Positions 9,985 through 19,199 of a DNA stretch of 64,000 nucleotides are shown here, piece after piece (the stretch's first letter is position 1; the number at the start of each line of letters is the position of its first letter). The notes under the pieces were generated by a model. It did no database searches. It saw nothing but the letters and a program-made list of their open reading frames with translations, and was not told where the DNA came from. The stretch is from an uncultured Bacteroidales bacterium. GTDB taxonomy: Bacteria; Bacteroidota; Bacteroidia; Bacteroidales; UBA932. The position numbers were made by a program, and so were the translations under genes. The stretch spans positions 403 through 64,402 of the forward strand of contig CALCEJ010000155.1 in assembly GCA_937900465.1 (NCBI GenBank). The letters are read 5' to 3'.

Positions 9985-10731
9985 CTATAGCACCAGCTCC
10001 ACCGGACAATGGTCGGAGCCGAAGATTTCGTTGTGGATTTCCGTCCGGGCGATCCGGGGACGGAGACGGTCTGAGACGATGAAATAGTCGATACGCCACC
10101 CCGCATTCCTTGCCCTCGCGTTCATCCGGTAACTCCACCAGGAGTACTTCACCTCATCCGGATGCTGATACCGCCAGGTGTCCGTGAAGCCTGCGGCGAG
10201 AAGCGCCGTGAACTTTTCCCGCTCCTCGTCGGAGAATCCCGCATTGAAGTGATTAGTCGCAGGGTTCTTAAGGTCAATCTCCTCGTGAGCGACGTTAAGG
10301 TCACCGCAGAAAACGACGGGTTTCACCCTGTCGAGGCCCATAAGGTAAGCCCTCATATCATCCTCCCACTGCATCCTGTATCCAAGCCGCCTCAGCTCAT
10401 CCTGAGAGTTCGGAACATAGGCGCAGACAAGGTAGAAGTCCTCCATCTCAAGGGTTATCGCACGTCCCTCGTGATCGTGGATATCTATTCCTATCCCATA
10501 ACGGACGGAAAGAGGATGATGCTTCGTATAGACCGCAGTCCCGCTGTATCCCTTTTTCTCCGCGAAGTTCCAGTAGCTTTCATAGCCTCGGAACTCGAGA
10601 TCCAGCTGTCCCTCCTGCATCTTCGTCTCCTGAAGGCAGAAAAAGTCAGCGTCAAACTCAGAAAAGACACCGGCAAAGCCCTTCCCCACGACAGCGCGGA
10701 GACCGTTTACATTCCACGAAATGAATTTCAT
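9985..10731 (-). CDS. xth: exodeoxyribonuclease III
   Basis: SWNVNGLRA, CLQETK, GDLNVAH, GWRIDYF, SDHCPV motifs. Confidence 0.96.
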   Translation of the reverse strand: MKFISWNVNGLRAVVGKGFAGVFSEFDADFFCLQETKMQEGQLDLEFRGYESYWNFAEKKGYSGTAVYTKHHPLSVRYGIGIDIHDHEGRAITLEMEDFYLVCAYVPNSQDELRRLGYRMQWEDDMRAYLMGLDRVKPVVFCGDLNVAHEEIDLKNPATNHFNAGFSDEEREKFTALLAAGFTDTWRYQHPDEVKYSWWSYRMNARARNAGWRIDYFIVSDRLRPRIARTEIHNEIFGSDHCPVELVL

Positions 10732-10732
10732 A

Positions 10733-12244
10733 TTATTCCAGGTTCCAGGTACTTCCTTCCTTGGTGTCCTTCACAGTGATTCCCACTGAGGCAAGAAGGT
10801 CACGGATACGGTCGCTCTCCGCCCAGTTCTTTTCCTCACGGACCTTCCTGCGGTTTTCAAGGACAATCTGCATCGCCCCGTCAAGGGCTTTCTGATACTT
10901 GTCGCTTCCTCCTGCCGCATCCTCGTCACTGAGCCCCAGCACTCCCCCGACGATTTCGTCGAACAGCTGTTTGAACGAGGCCTTGTCAGCCTCCGACAGG
11001 TTTCCTGCATTAATGAGTTTCACCGCTTCAAAAAGATGGGCTATCGCAACGGGGGTATTCATATCATCGCACAGCGCATCCATCACGGCCTCGTAAATGC
11101 GTCCGGCCTCGCCGGAAGGGGAGACCCCTTCCGGAGCATTTGCCCGGATAGGGTCACGAAGCGACGCGGAGGAAGGGGTCTCCCCTTCCGGCGAAACGGC
11201 GCGCCAGGCGTCCATCATACGCTTGTACCCCTTCTCCGCAGCGGCGAGAGCTTCATTGGAGAAGTCAAGGGTGCTGCGGTAATGGGCCTGAAGGATGAAG
11301 AAACGGATGGTCATCGGGGAATAAGCGCGCTCGAGCTTGGGATGATTTCCGGAGAAGAGTTCCGGAAGGGTGATGAAGTTCCCGAGGGACTTCCCCATCT
11401 TCTGGCCGTTTATGGTGATCATATTGTTGTGGACCCAGTAGTGAACGCCCTGGGTTCCGCGGGAAGCCTGGTTCTGGGCTATTTCGCACTCGTGATGAGG
11501 GAACATCAGGTCCATTCCGCCGCCGTGGATGTCAAATTCCCGGCCAAGATATTTCTCGCCCATCACTGAGCACTCCAAATGCCATCCCGGGAAGCCTTCG
11601 CCCCAGGGAGAAGGCCAGCGCATAATGTGCTCCGGCTCCGCTTTTTTCCAAAGTGCGAAGTCATAGGGAGCCTTCTTGTCAGACTGACCGTCAAGAGAGC
11701 GGGTCCCTTCAAGCGTCGCCTCAAGGGTGCGTCCGGAAAGGACTCCGTAATGGAAGTCATCGTTGTATTTTTCGACGTCGAAATAGACGGACCCGTTACT
11801 CTCGTAGGCATAACCGGCTTCGAGTATCTTTTTGATAGCCTCGATCTGCTCGATGATATGGCCGGAGGCACGGGGCTCTATGGACGGAGACTCGCATCCC
11901 AGAAGGCGCATAGCCTCGTGATAGCGTTCAGTGTAGTACTGAACGACCTCCATAGGCTCGAGCTGCTCCAGACGGGCTTTCTTCGCGATCTTGTCCTCGC
12001 CTTCGTCCGCATCGTGCTCGAGATGGCCCACATCCGTGATGTTGCGCACATAACGGACCTTGTACCCCAAATACTTCAGGAGGCGGAAAAGGACGTCATA
12101 AGTAACGCCCGGACGGGCGTGTCCCAGATGAGCGTCACCATAGACCGTGGGGCCGCAGACGTACATTCCGACGTGGCCGGGATTCACCGGGACAAACAGT
12201 TCCTTGCTCCTTGAGAGCGTATTTGTAAGATACAAGGGTCTCAT
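10733..12244 (-). CDS. cysS: cysteine--tRNA ligase with an in-frame palindromic insertion
   Basis: [27 protein letters not shown] motifs. Confidence 0.98.
   Translation of the reverse strand: MRPLYLTNTLSRSKELFVPVNPGHVGMYVCGPTVYGDAHLGHARPGVTYDVLFRLLKYLGYKVRYVRNITDVGHLEHDADEGEDKIAKKARLEQLEPMEVVQYYTERYHEAMRLLGCESPSIEPRASGHIIEQIEAIKKILEAGYAYESNGSVYFDVEKYNDDFHYGVLSGRTLEATLEGTRSLDGQSDKKAPYDFALWKKAEPEHIMRWPSPWGEGFPGWHLECSVMGEKYLGREFDIHGGGMDLMFPHHECEIAQNQASRGTQGVHYWVHNNMITINGQKMGKSLGNFITLPELFSGNHPKLERAYSPMTIRFFILQAHYRSTLDFSNEALAAAEKGYKRMMDAWRAVSPEGETPSSASLRDPIRANAPEGVSPSGEAGRIYEAVMDALCDDMNTPVAIAHLFEAVKLINAGNLSEADKASFKQLFDEIVGGVLGLSDEDAAGGSDKYQKALDGAMQIVLENRRKVREEKNWAESDRIRDLLASVGITVKDTKEGSTWNLE
11109..11194 (-). 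repeat. Coding palindromic element, copy 2 (24-bp perfect stem, 38-nt loop)
   Basis: TCGCCGGAAGGGGAGACCCCTTCC 11109-11132 and its reverse complement 11171-11194. Confidence 0.9.
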
Positions 12245-12250
12245 ATGGAC

Positions 12251-13513
12251 TTATTTACGTGCTTTGTTTCTTTTGACTCTGACCGCTTTTGACGAGGCGG
12301 AAGGGGTGCTGAGGATAGAAGCGGAGCCGTCGATTGTAACGGTGCTCTTGCCGTAGTTGCCGGTGAGATTCAGGTCATCGTCCAGACCTACGATATAGAA
12401 CTCGTAGCTTCCGTTGTCGATAACGTTGTAGGAATCATAGTCCTCCGGTCCTTCGTAGTACCATCCGTAGGATACGTTATACCAGGCAATGTCGATGAGC
12501 TCTTCTTCGAGGCTTTCATAGCCGTATTCGCCTTCCGTGTCAGCGAAATCGAAGGTGAAATAGTTGTCTGTAACGTTCTCGACGATGATGATGTCATATT
12601 CTTCTCCGTCTTCGGAGTCACGGCCTCCGTAGTAAGCTTTCCACTCCGACTGTAACGTAAGGGGGCCGGTAAGGACGGGATCATAATCGTCGTCATCGCC
12701 GCTGTCGCCGCCTTCGCCGCCATCAATTTCCGGAAGGACAATGTCGACGGCGCCGTACCGTCCGGTCGCATTTCCTTCAGCATCGAACTCAAGGATGTAC
12801 AGCGTTGTGGGACCGGCGTCATAATAAGATGCATAATAAGAGTCTTCCGAGGATGAGAAGAGAACGTCCGAAATGTCGTCACCGGCTTCCAGCGATTCTT
12901 TTATCTCGGCGGAATAATCCTCAAGGAGGGCCTTCAGGGAACCGTCATAGTAATTCTCGAGTTCCTCATCCGTATATGTTTCCAACCAGAAGTATTTGAT
13001 TCCGGGAACTGTCGGGTTTACGAAAAAGTATGCGTAGCCTCCGTAAATAAAGGGATCACCGTCGACGCTTGCCGTCCAATCCTTCATATAGGTAAGGCCT
13101 TCTTCAACAGTGCCGTTGCCTCCTCCATTGGCTTTAGCCTCATAGACAAGGGTGACCTTTGAAAGGGCAGGATTGATCTCCGCGTCTCCCGCCACGTCAG
13201 AAATCATAATGGTGACGCTCGCATCCTCTCCGGGGGTGATTTTAACATCGAAGGGAGTAAGGGCGCCGGTAACGGAGACGACCTCGGGGAACGACACATC
13301 CGCCTTGGAAAGGGACGAAGAAGGGTCCAGCGCAAGCTGGACTATAATGTCAGACCCCCTGTCTCCGGAAACTACTATCTGGACAGACGCCACTCCGTTA
13401 TCATCGAATTTTCCGCCTCCGACAAGGCTTACCGATGCCAGCTCCTTTTTGCAGGATACAAGACCGGAGAGTATCGCCATCATTGCGAAGAATAAATTGA
13501 CCGTTTTTCTCAT
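12251..13513 (-). CDS. acidic surface lipoprotein with two internal repeats
   Basis: Lipobox LVSC; repeated W...Y..G / (L/A)TG.YG domain. Confidence 0.7.
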   Translation of the reverse strand: MRKTVNLFFAMMAILSGLVSCKKELASVSLVGGGKFDDNGVASVQIVVSGDRGSDIIVQLALDPSSSLSKADVSFPEVVSVTGALTPFDVKITPGEDASVTIMISDVAGDAEINPALSKVTLVYEAKANGGGNGTVEEGLTYMKDWTASVDGDPFIYGGYAYFFVNPTVPGIKYFWLETYTDEELENYYDGSLKALLEDYSAEIKESLEAGDDISDVLFSSSEDSYYASYYDAGPTTLYILEFDAEGNATGRYGAVDIVLPEIDGGEGGDSGDDDDYDPVLTGPLTLQSEWKAYYGGRDSEDGEEYDIIIVENVTDNYFTFDFADTEGEYGYESLEEELIDIAWYNVSYGWYYEGPEDYDSYNVIDNGSYEFYIVGLDDDLNLTGNYGKSTVTIDGSASILSTPSASSKAVRVKRNKARK

Positions 13514-13590
13514 ATTCTTATATTTTGATTGAGCGCCAAATTTCGTAAAATTCTCCGGTCTATCCAAATTTTAACTAACTTTGCTCCATT

Positions 13591-14460
13591 ATGAATATCA
13601 TTGACGGAAAAGCGATAAGCGCAAAGCTGAAGGCAAAGGTCGCAGAAGGCGTCCGGGAACTCAGGGAAAAATATGGGCGGGAGCCTCATCTTGCGGTGAT
13701 CCGGGTCGGCGAAGACCCCGCAAGCGTAGTCTATGTCAGAAACAAGGCAAGGGCGTGCGAAGAGGTGGGCATAAAGAACACTACGATCGTCCTTGACGAG
13801 AAGACTTCGGAAGAGGACCTTCTCCTTACGGTCAGGCGGCTGAATGCCGACGATGGCGTTGACGGCATCCTCGTCCAGCTTCCGCTTCCGGAAGGGATCA
13901 GCGAGGAAAAGGTCATCGACACTATCGACCGCTCCAAAGACGTCGACGGATTCCATCCTTACAATGTCGCCGGGCTCTGGCAGAAAACCCCTCATATGTC
14001 CCCCTGCACCCCCAAGGGAATAATGAAACTCCTCGAGGCTTCGGGAGTGGACCCCAAGGGAAAAAGGGCCGTCGTAATCGGCCGGAGCAATATCGTGGGC
14101 CTTCCGGTCGCGAAGATGCTCCTTGACGCGAATGCTACCGTCACTGTTTGTCACACCCGCACCGTAGACCTTCCTTCCGTCACAAGGAGCGCTGAGATCC
14201 TTGTCGTCGCTGCCGGGAAGGCGAAGATGGTCACCGGAGACATGGTCTCCCCCGGATGCGTCGTGATCGACGTCGGAATGGACCGGGATCCCGAGACAAA
14301 CAAATTGTGCGGCGATGTCGATTTCGACACCGTCGCACCTGAAGCCGCCTTCATCACTCCGGTTCCCGGAGGAGTCGGGCCTATGACTATCGCCTGCCTG
14401 ATGGAGAATACGCTAGAGTGCGCGAGAGCCCGCCTTGACGGCGCGGACCGTTCTCTCTGA
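13591..14460 (+). CDS. folD: bifunctional methylenetetrahydrofolate dehydrogenase/cyclohydrolase
   Basis: [34 protein letters not shown] motifs. Confidence 0.97.
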   Translation: MNIIDGKAISAKLKAKVAEGVRELREKYGREPHLAVIRVGEDPASVVYVRNKARACEEVGIKNTTIVLDEKTSEEDLLLTVRRLNADDGVDGILVQLPLPEGISEEKVIDTIDRSKDVDGFHPYNVAGLWQKTPHMSPCTPKGIMKLLEASGVDPKGKRAVVIGRSNIVGLPVAKMLLDANATVTVCHTRTVDLPSVTRSAEILVVAAGKAKMVTGDMVSPGCVVIDVGMDRDPETNKLCGDVDFDTVAPEAAFITPVPGGVGPMTIACLMENTLECARARLDGADRSL

Positions 14461-15636
14461 ACGAGGCACGAACACCCTTACACCGGCCTTGCCGCTGCGG
14501 CGGAGAGCGCCGTCATTGGCCCGCTTGATACCGCGTACGGATGAAGGGGCCGTTTCCTCCACCTTTGTCATCGTCAGGGGCAACGAAGGGACGTTCGCGT
14601 TGTAGTCGTACCAGGACTCGTTGTCGTTGCTCCAGCAAAGATACTGCATCTTGTAGAAAGATGTCGTATAGGAATCCCCTTCGTCGAATGTCATCGTAAC
14701 AGTACAGGGCTCAACCGAAGCGGTTTTCCCGTCTTCTGAAATCGTGACCTCCGCGAGGTCGATTCCATATCCGTCCACGATGTAATCCGCGTGCTCGTGC
14801 ATATTCCCGGTGTAGTGGATCTTTCCGAAGAATACCTCCTCGACGTTTCCAAGATTTTCGTCGTCGTAAGTCCCGATTGTCTGCGAAACGAAGTACATCT
14901 TGTGATTGTGACGGTCATAGAAGGTCTCGAACCACTCCTGGTCCATCACCATTCCGTCGGATTCGCTGATACTGCCCCCGGTCTCCCATCCATCCACGAA
15001 GTATGTATAGTTCAGCTCGCTCTTTGAGAGGTCGATCTTGTAGCGTACATACTCGTTACCTATCATCCAGGTTCCGAGGAATGCGGAATACTCGTCCTCT
15101 GCGACGGAATCCTCGAATATCTCGAACTCCAGCATACAGTATTCGCCGGTAAGCTTCTCCGAGCTGTCAAGCCCGAGTACGAACGCATACCAGTCACCTA
15201 CCCTTATCCTGTCGAAAAGAATATCTCCAGGAGCGTCGAAAACGTCACCGGAGAGGTTTTGCTCATCCTTCAGATATGAGTCTATGTCGCCCTCCGTGTA
15301 GTAATCAAGGAATTCACTAACGGTAATGAAGCGGACGGTGAACTTGGAAGAAGGTCCTGATACGGAGAAACGTTCTACGTCGGAAATAAATCCATTGTCC
15401 TCCGTGAACTCCTCACGGCCGATGTAGCTGATCTTCCACGTGGACATAAGTTTGGCGACGGGGTCGCCGGTCGTGACGTTACCGTTACCGTTTCCGCCGT
15501 TACCGCTATTGTTTCCTCCGCCATTCGTTTTTCCGGGGCGGTTGTCTCCACGGAAAGGATCGTCACTCTTATGACAGCCTGCGCACAGGGCGATTGCAGC
15601 GATAAGCGCTGCAGCAAGGACCATTTTCGCTTTCAT
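14413..15636 (-). CDS. acidic surface lipoprotein
   Basis: Lipobox CAGC, G/N linker; shares a domain motif with 12251-13513. Confidence 0.7.
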   Translation of the reverse strand: MKAKMVLAAALIAAIALCAGCHKSDDPFRGDNRPGKTNGGGNNSGNGGNGNGNVTTGDPVAKLMSTWKISYIGREEFTEDNGFISDVERFSVSGPSSKFTVRFITVSEFLDYYTEGDIDSYLKDEQNLSGDVFDAPGDILFDRIRVGDWYAFVLGLDSSEKLTGEYCMLEFEIFEDSVAEDEYSAFLGTWMIGNEYVRYKIDLSKSELNYTYFVDGWETGGSISESDGMVMDQEWFETFYDRHNHKMYFVSQTIGTYDDENLGNVEEVFFGKIHYTGNMHEHADYIVDGYGIDLAEVTISEDGKTASVEPCTVTMTFDEGDSYTTSFYKMQYLCWSNDNESWYDYNANVPSLPLTMTKVEETAPSSVRGIKRANDGALRRSGKAGVRVFVPRSERTVRAVKAGSRAL

Positions 15637-15809
15637 ACGGCAATTGTGTTTTTCTTTGATGCAAAATTAAACAAAAATCCGGCCAAAACGATAAAAACCT
15701 TAGCCAATTATCATTACCCAAAGAGCCGAAACTCTCGTAGGAGTTCCGGCCCTATCGGTTTTAAACAGTCTCCAACGCCGTCACCGACCACCTCTTTCGT
15801 GGGGGCGTG

Positions 15810-15914
15810 GGGTGCACAAGGTCTGATTTTGGGTGCCGGACCTTGTGCGGTTTTTGTCTCCTATGGCCGATTTATGCACAAGGTCCCCTGGATGAAATCA
15901 GACCTTGTGCACCC
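15810..15914. repeat. REP/MITE-like nested palindrome, copy 1
   Basis: GGGTGCACAAGGTCTGATTT / AAATCAGACCTTGTGCACCC outer IR with internal GACCTTGTGC and GCACAAGGTC. Confidence 0.8.
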
Positions 15915-16030
15915 GCGTCCCACGAAGGGGTGCCAAACCCTGTCGCCGTGGGCAAAATCTGCGTAGGAGAAATCCCAAATGCTGGACAAGTTATCGGGAG
16001 AATGCCATTCGCGCCAAGCAAAGGCACACA

Positions 16031-16060
16031 AAAAAGCATCGCCGCAAGCGATGCTTTTTT
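16031..16060 (-). terminator. Intrinsic terminator, probably the original tRNA-Leu terminator displaced by the island
   Basis: AAAAAGCATCGC-CGCAA-GCGATGCTTTTTT next to the tRNA 3'-end duplicate at 16064. Confidence 0.75.
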
Positions 16061-16296
16061 AAGGTGCCTCGGGCGGACATAAAATCTTTGGTGGCTGTTG
16101 GTGGCTGTTGTGTATTCATTGGTGACTAATCAAAACTCTTAGGTTCAGGGAGTTATCTTCTTGGTGGGTGTATTCAAATAATTCCCCAAAAATTGTGTCC
16201 AAATGTGGCCAATTTCTGGGGTTGTGGTCAAATGTGTCCAAGCTGAAAGGAGTGTCATTTCTTTGTCCTCTCCAATAATTTTTCTTAACTTTGTCA

Positions 16297-16497
16297 TTGC
16301 TACCGGGCGGAGAAATGCCCGGAGCAAAAAGGCTGTTCATCGATAAGACAAAATCTGGACAATTTTGAGAGCAGATGGACGTCTCGCTTTGGTATGTCTC
16401 GGCATCTCTGGTGCCGTGCATATAAGGCTGGATGTGTCTATTGCTCGCCGCCCCGTCCAGAGGCTGTCTTATGATAGGCAAGATTCCGGCCTTTTTT
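16297..16497 (+). ncRNA. Candidate structured leader or ncRNA
   Basis: Follows TAACTTTG (16286); small hairpin then a long nested hairpin ending in a T-run. Confidence 0.45.
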
Positions 16498-16554
16498 TAT
16501 GACCACAACGCTGAATTTGGAATCTGTCAGCAGTATTTGGCATAAACCCAAAGA

Positions 16555-19017
16555 ATGAAAAAGTTCGCAAATCTCTTCGTATCTATTGTCTTCATTGCGG
16601 GAGCGCTGTCTGCTTGTAACCAGCAGGAAGTTGATGACCTGAAATCCCAGATGGAAGAAATGAAATCCAACCAGATTGCCAGCATCAGCACCCAAATCAG
16701 CAGCATTCAGGCGTCTATTACATCTTTGGAGAAGATAGATGCAGAGCTGAAAGCACGCATAGAGACGTTGGAATCCTCCGATGAGTCACAGGCACAAGAG
16801 ATTTCAGATTTGAAAGAGGCCGAGGCATCCTTGTCACAGCGTATCACCGAGCTCAAAACATACGTTGATGATGAGTTGAAGAAACAGAAGGATTGGGTGA
16901 GTGCTACATTCTCCACGCTGGAACAATATCAAAGCACTTGTGAAGAAATTGCTATCATCAAGCAGAACCTCTCCACTCTTGAAACCACATTGAGGGGACT
17001 TATCTCCGATACGGAGACATCTATCAAGAGCTGGGTAAATGAGCAGCTTACAGGCTACTATACAATTGCTGAAATGAATGCCAAAATCTCCGTGTTGGAG
17101 AAGGCCATAACTGACGGGGATGAAGCAGAGGCAGAGGAGCTGGGAAAGCTTCGCACCGACCTGGAAACAGCAAAAACGGAAATCAAAACAGCCTATGAGA
17201 AAGCCATCTCTGATGCCATAACCACCAGTGAAGGTAAGATTAACGAGAAAATCGCAGCGGACATCAAGACTGCAACGGATGCCCTTCAAAGCCAGATAGA
17301 TGAAATCAACACAAAGATTACAGACATTGAGACAAGACTGGGGTTGATAGAGGAGTCTCTGGAAAAGATTCTTGCCAGGGTTCAGAGTATTGTGGTTGTT
17401 CCCACATACTCCGATGGCAGTGTGCGTCTGAAAGACTGTGAGGACACAGAAATATTGTTTGAAGTTATGCCTCGCAGCGCTGCTGTTGCATTGGCACAAC
17501 AGGGCATAGAAGTTTTCTCATTGGAGGCAGTAAGCACGGAGACAAAATCTTCAATGTTTGTTGCTCAATTCCCTATCAAGTCAGTGAAGGATAATGGTGA
17601 ATGTCTGGTCGTTACGCTAGATTCTGGAAATTTGGACAAAGAGGCTATTAATAATTATCCGTCAATGAGTGCTAGGCTGAAAATTGATGACGGGAGCAAC
17701 TCATTGACATCCGGCTATTTCTCTTTGGATTTTGAAGGCCATCATTACACGTTGCAGAAGGAATATACGTTTAATCTTTCAGCAATCAATGTAGATGTAG
17801 ATGTCTCTTGGAAAGCAGGTGACCGCGTATATCTAAGCGATGGGAAAGACACTGAAATCTGCACAATACCTGATGAATATGATGGAAATTCTACTGCTAT
17901 GGTGATGTCCAAAAAATTGTTCTCAGGAGAGGTCATTGCAATCTATCCGGCAGAACTTGTAACGCAGGACGAAGGAACATTTTATGTTGATATCCCGGAG
18001 GATCAGGGGGATAATCCGAGCAAGTATATTGTTTATAGTGGAAGCACAACCGACGGGAATGACAATATAACTCTCTCTAACAAAACCGCACTGGTTACAT
18101 TCTCCATATTCTCCAAAAATGATAAACTATCATATGCTAAACATACATTTACAGGGAGCCCTGTTGTTGGTCGAATGAAAATTGATGCGAATGGAACCAG
18201 TGTTGTATCAGGGACGCAATCAGTAAGGTTGTCTTTGGCTGGTAATGGTGATTATTATTTTCCTGTTCTTCCTTGCTCTATAACAAAGGTTATTAGCAAA
18301 TATCAGAGATCAAAAACCACTTTTTACCGAGTAGTTGGTTCAATGAACAGGAACGTCTCCCCTAATATAATAGTTGGCTTCGGCAAATTTGATGTAACAT
18401 CGCATATTTTTACAGAAGCTGCAGATTTGGGACTCAGCGTCTGTTGGAGCCTCCTCAATTTTGGTGGTACCAGTACCGTAGATTACGATTATGGGGATTA
18501 TTATGCTTGGGGAGAGACAAATAGTAAAGAAGATTATAGTTGGAGCACATATGCTTTTGAGTTAGGCACCGATGAAACTGGTCCATTCTCAAAATATGTT
18601 ATAGACTCATCATATGGAACCGTAGACAATAAGACAGTGCTTGATTCTGAAGATGATGTCATAAATGTCAAAGCTGGTTATGGTTGGAGAATGCCCACAG
18701 AAGCAGAGTGGAGGGAGTTGATGGACACAGATAATTGCTCTTGGACCTGGACCTCTACATCTGGTGTAAAAGGATATTTGGTGGAAAGCAAGAAGTCCGG
18801 CTATGAAGGCAATTCCATTTTCTTGCCTGCTGCGGGTAGTTACTATAACACATCTCTTCGTAATGCGGGGTCAGTAGGTGAGTATTGGTCTTCATCTTCT
18901 TCTGATTCATTTTACCTGTATGGTGCCTGGGGACTCAACTTCACATCTTCTTATGTGTCCTTAGATCCCACAACATATCGTTGTATAGGCCTTTCTATCC
19001 GTGGTGTAATAGAATAA
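16555..19017 (+). CDS. surface lipoprotein: coiled-coil, fimbrillin-like region and C-terminal DUF1566/FISUMP-like domain
   Basis: LSAC lipobox; heptad region; DLGLSVCW, GDYYAWGET, WRMPT..EW.EL, NSIFLPAAG, YWSSS motifs. Confidence 0.75.
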   Translation: MKKFANLFVSIVFIAGALSACNQQEVDDLKSQMEEMKSNQIASISTQISSIQASITSLEKIDAELKARIETLESSDESQAQEISDLKEAEASLSQRITELKTYVDDELKKQKDWVSATFSTLEQYQSTCEEIAIIKQNLSTLETTLRGLISDTETSIKSWVNEQLTGYYTIAEMNAKISVLEKAITDGDEAEAEELGKLRTDLETAKTEIKTAYEKAISDAITTSEGKINEKIAADIKTATDALQSQIDEINTKITDIETRLGLIEESLEKILARVQSIVVVPTYSDGSVRLKDCEDTEILFEVMPRSAAVALAQQGIEVFSLEAVSTETKSSMFVAQFPIKSVKDNGECLVVTLDSGNLDKEAINNYPSMSARLKIDDGSNSLTSGYFSLDFEGHHYTLQKEYTFNLSAINVDVDVSWKAGDRVYLSDGKDTEICTIPDEYDGNSTAMVMSKKLFSGEVIAIYPAELVTQDEGTFYVDIPEDQGDNPSKYIVYSGSTTDGNDNITLSNKTALVTFSIFSKNDKLSYAKHTFTGSPVVGRMKIDANGTSVVSGTQSVRLSLAGNGDYYFPVLPCSITKVISKYQRSKTTFYRVVGSMNRNVSPNIIVGFGKFDVTSHIFTEAADLGLSVCWSLLNFGGTSTVDYDYGDYYAWGETNSKEDYSWSTYAFELGTDETGPFSKYVIDSSYGTVDNKTVLDSEDDVINVKAGYGWRMPTEAEWRELMDTDNCSWTWTSTSGVKGYLVESKKSGYEGNSIFLPAAGSYYNTSLRNAGSVGEYWSSSSSDSFYLYGAWGLNFTSSYVSLDPTTYRCIGLSIRGVIE

Positions 19018-19038
19018 ACCTATCAAATTATCAATACT

Positions 19039-19182
19039 ATGAGCGATAACAGACTGTCCAAAGAAAGCACAGAAGCCCAGAGCTATGCACCTCCTGTCTG
19101 CCAGGAGATTTACATCAAGGTGGAGGGTATGATTTGCACCAGCCCAACTGAAAAGGTCGGTGAAACTGAAGGTGAATGGTAA
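19039..19182 (+). CDS. 47-aa small peptide preceding a fimbrillin gene
   Basis: Own translation MSDNRLSKESTEAQSYAPPVCQEIYIKVEGMICTSPTEKVGETEGEW; motif shared with two other peptides. Confidence 0.7.
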   Translation: MSDNRLSKESTEAQSYAPPVCQEIYIKVEGMICTSPTEKVGETEGEW

Positions 19183-19199
19183 TGCAGGAGGGAAAGGTT

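Larger units (their letters stand above)
9190..10029. mobile_element. Small AT-rich insertion in the xth 3' end bounded by 41-bp direct repeats
   Basis: AGCACCAGCTCCACCGGACAATGGTCGGAGCCGAAGATTTC at 9190-9230 and 9989-10029. Confidence 0.8.
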
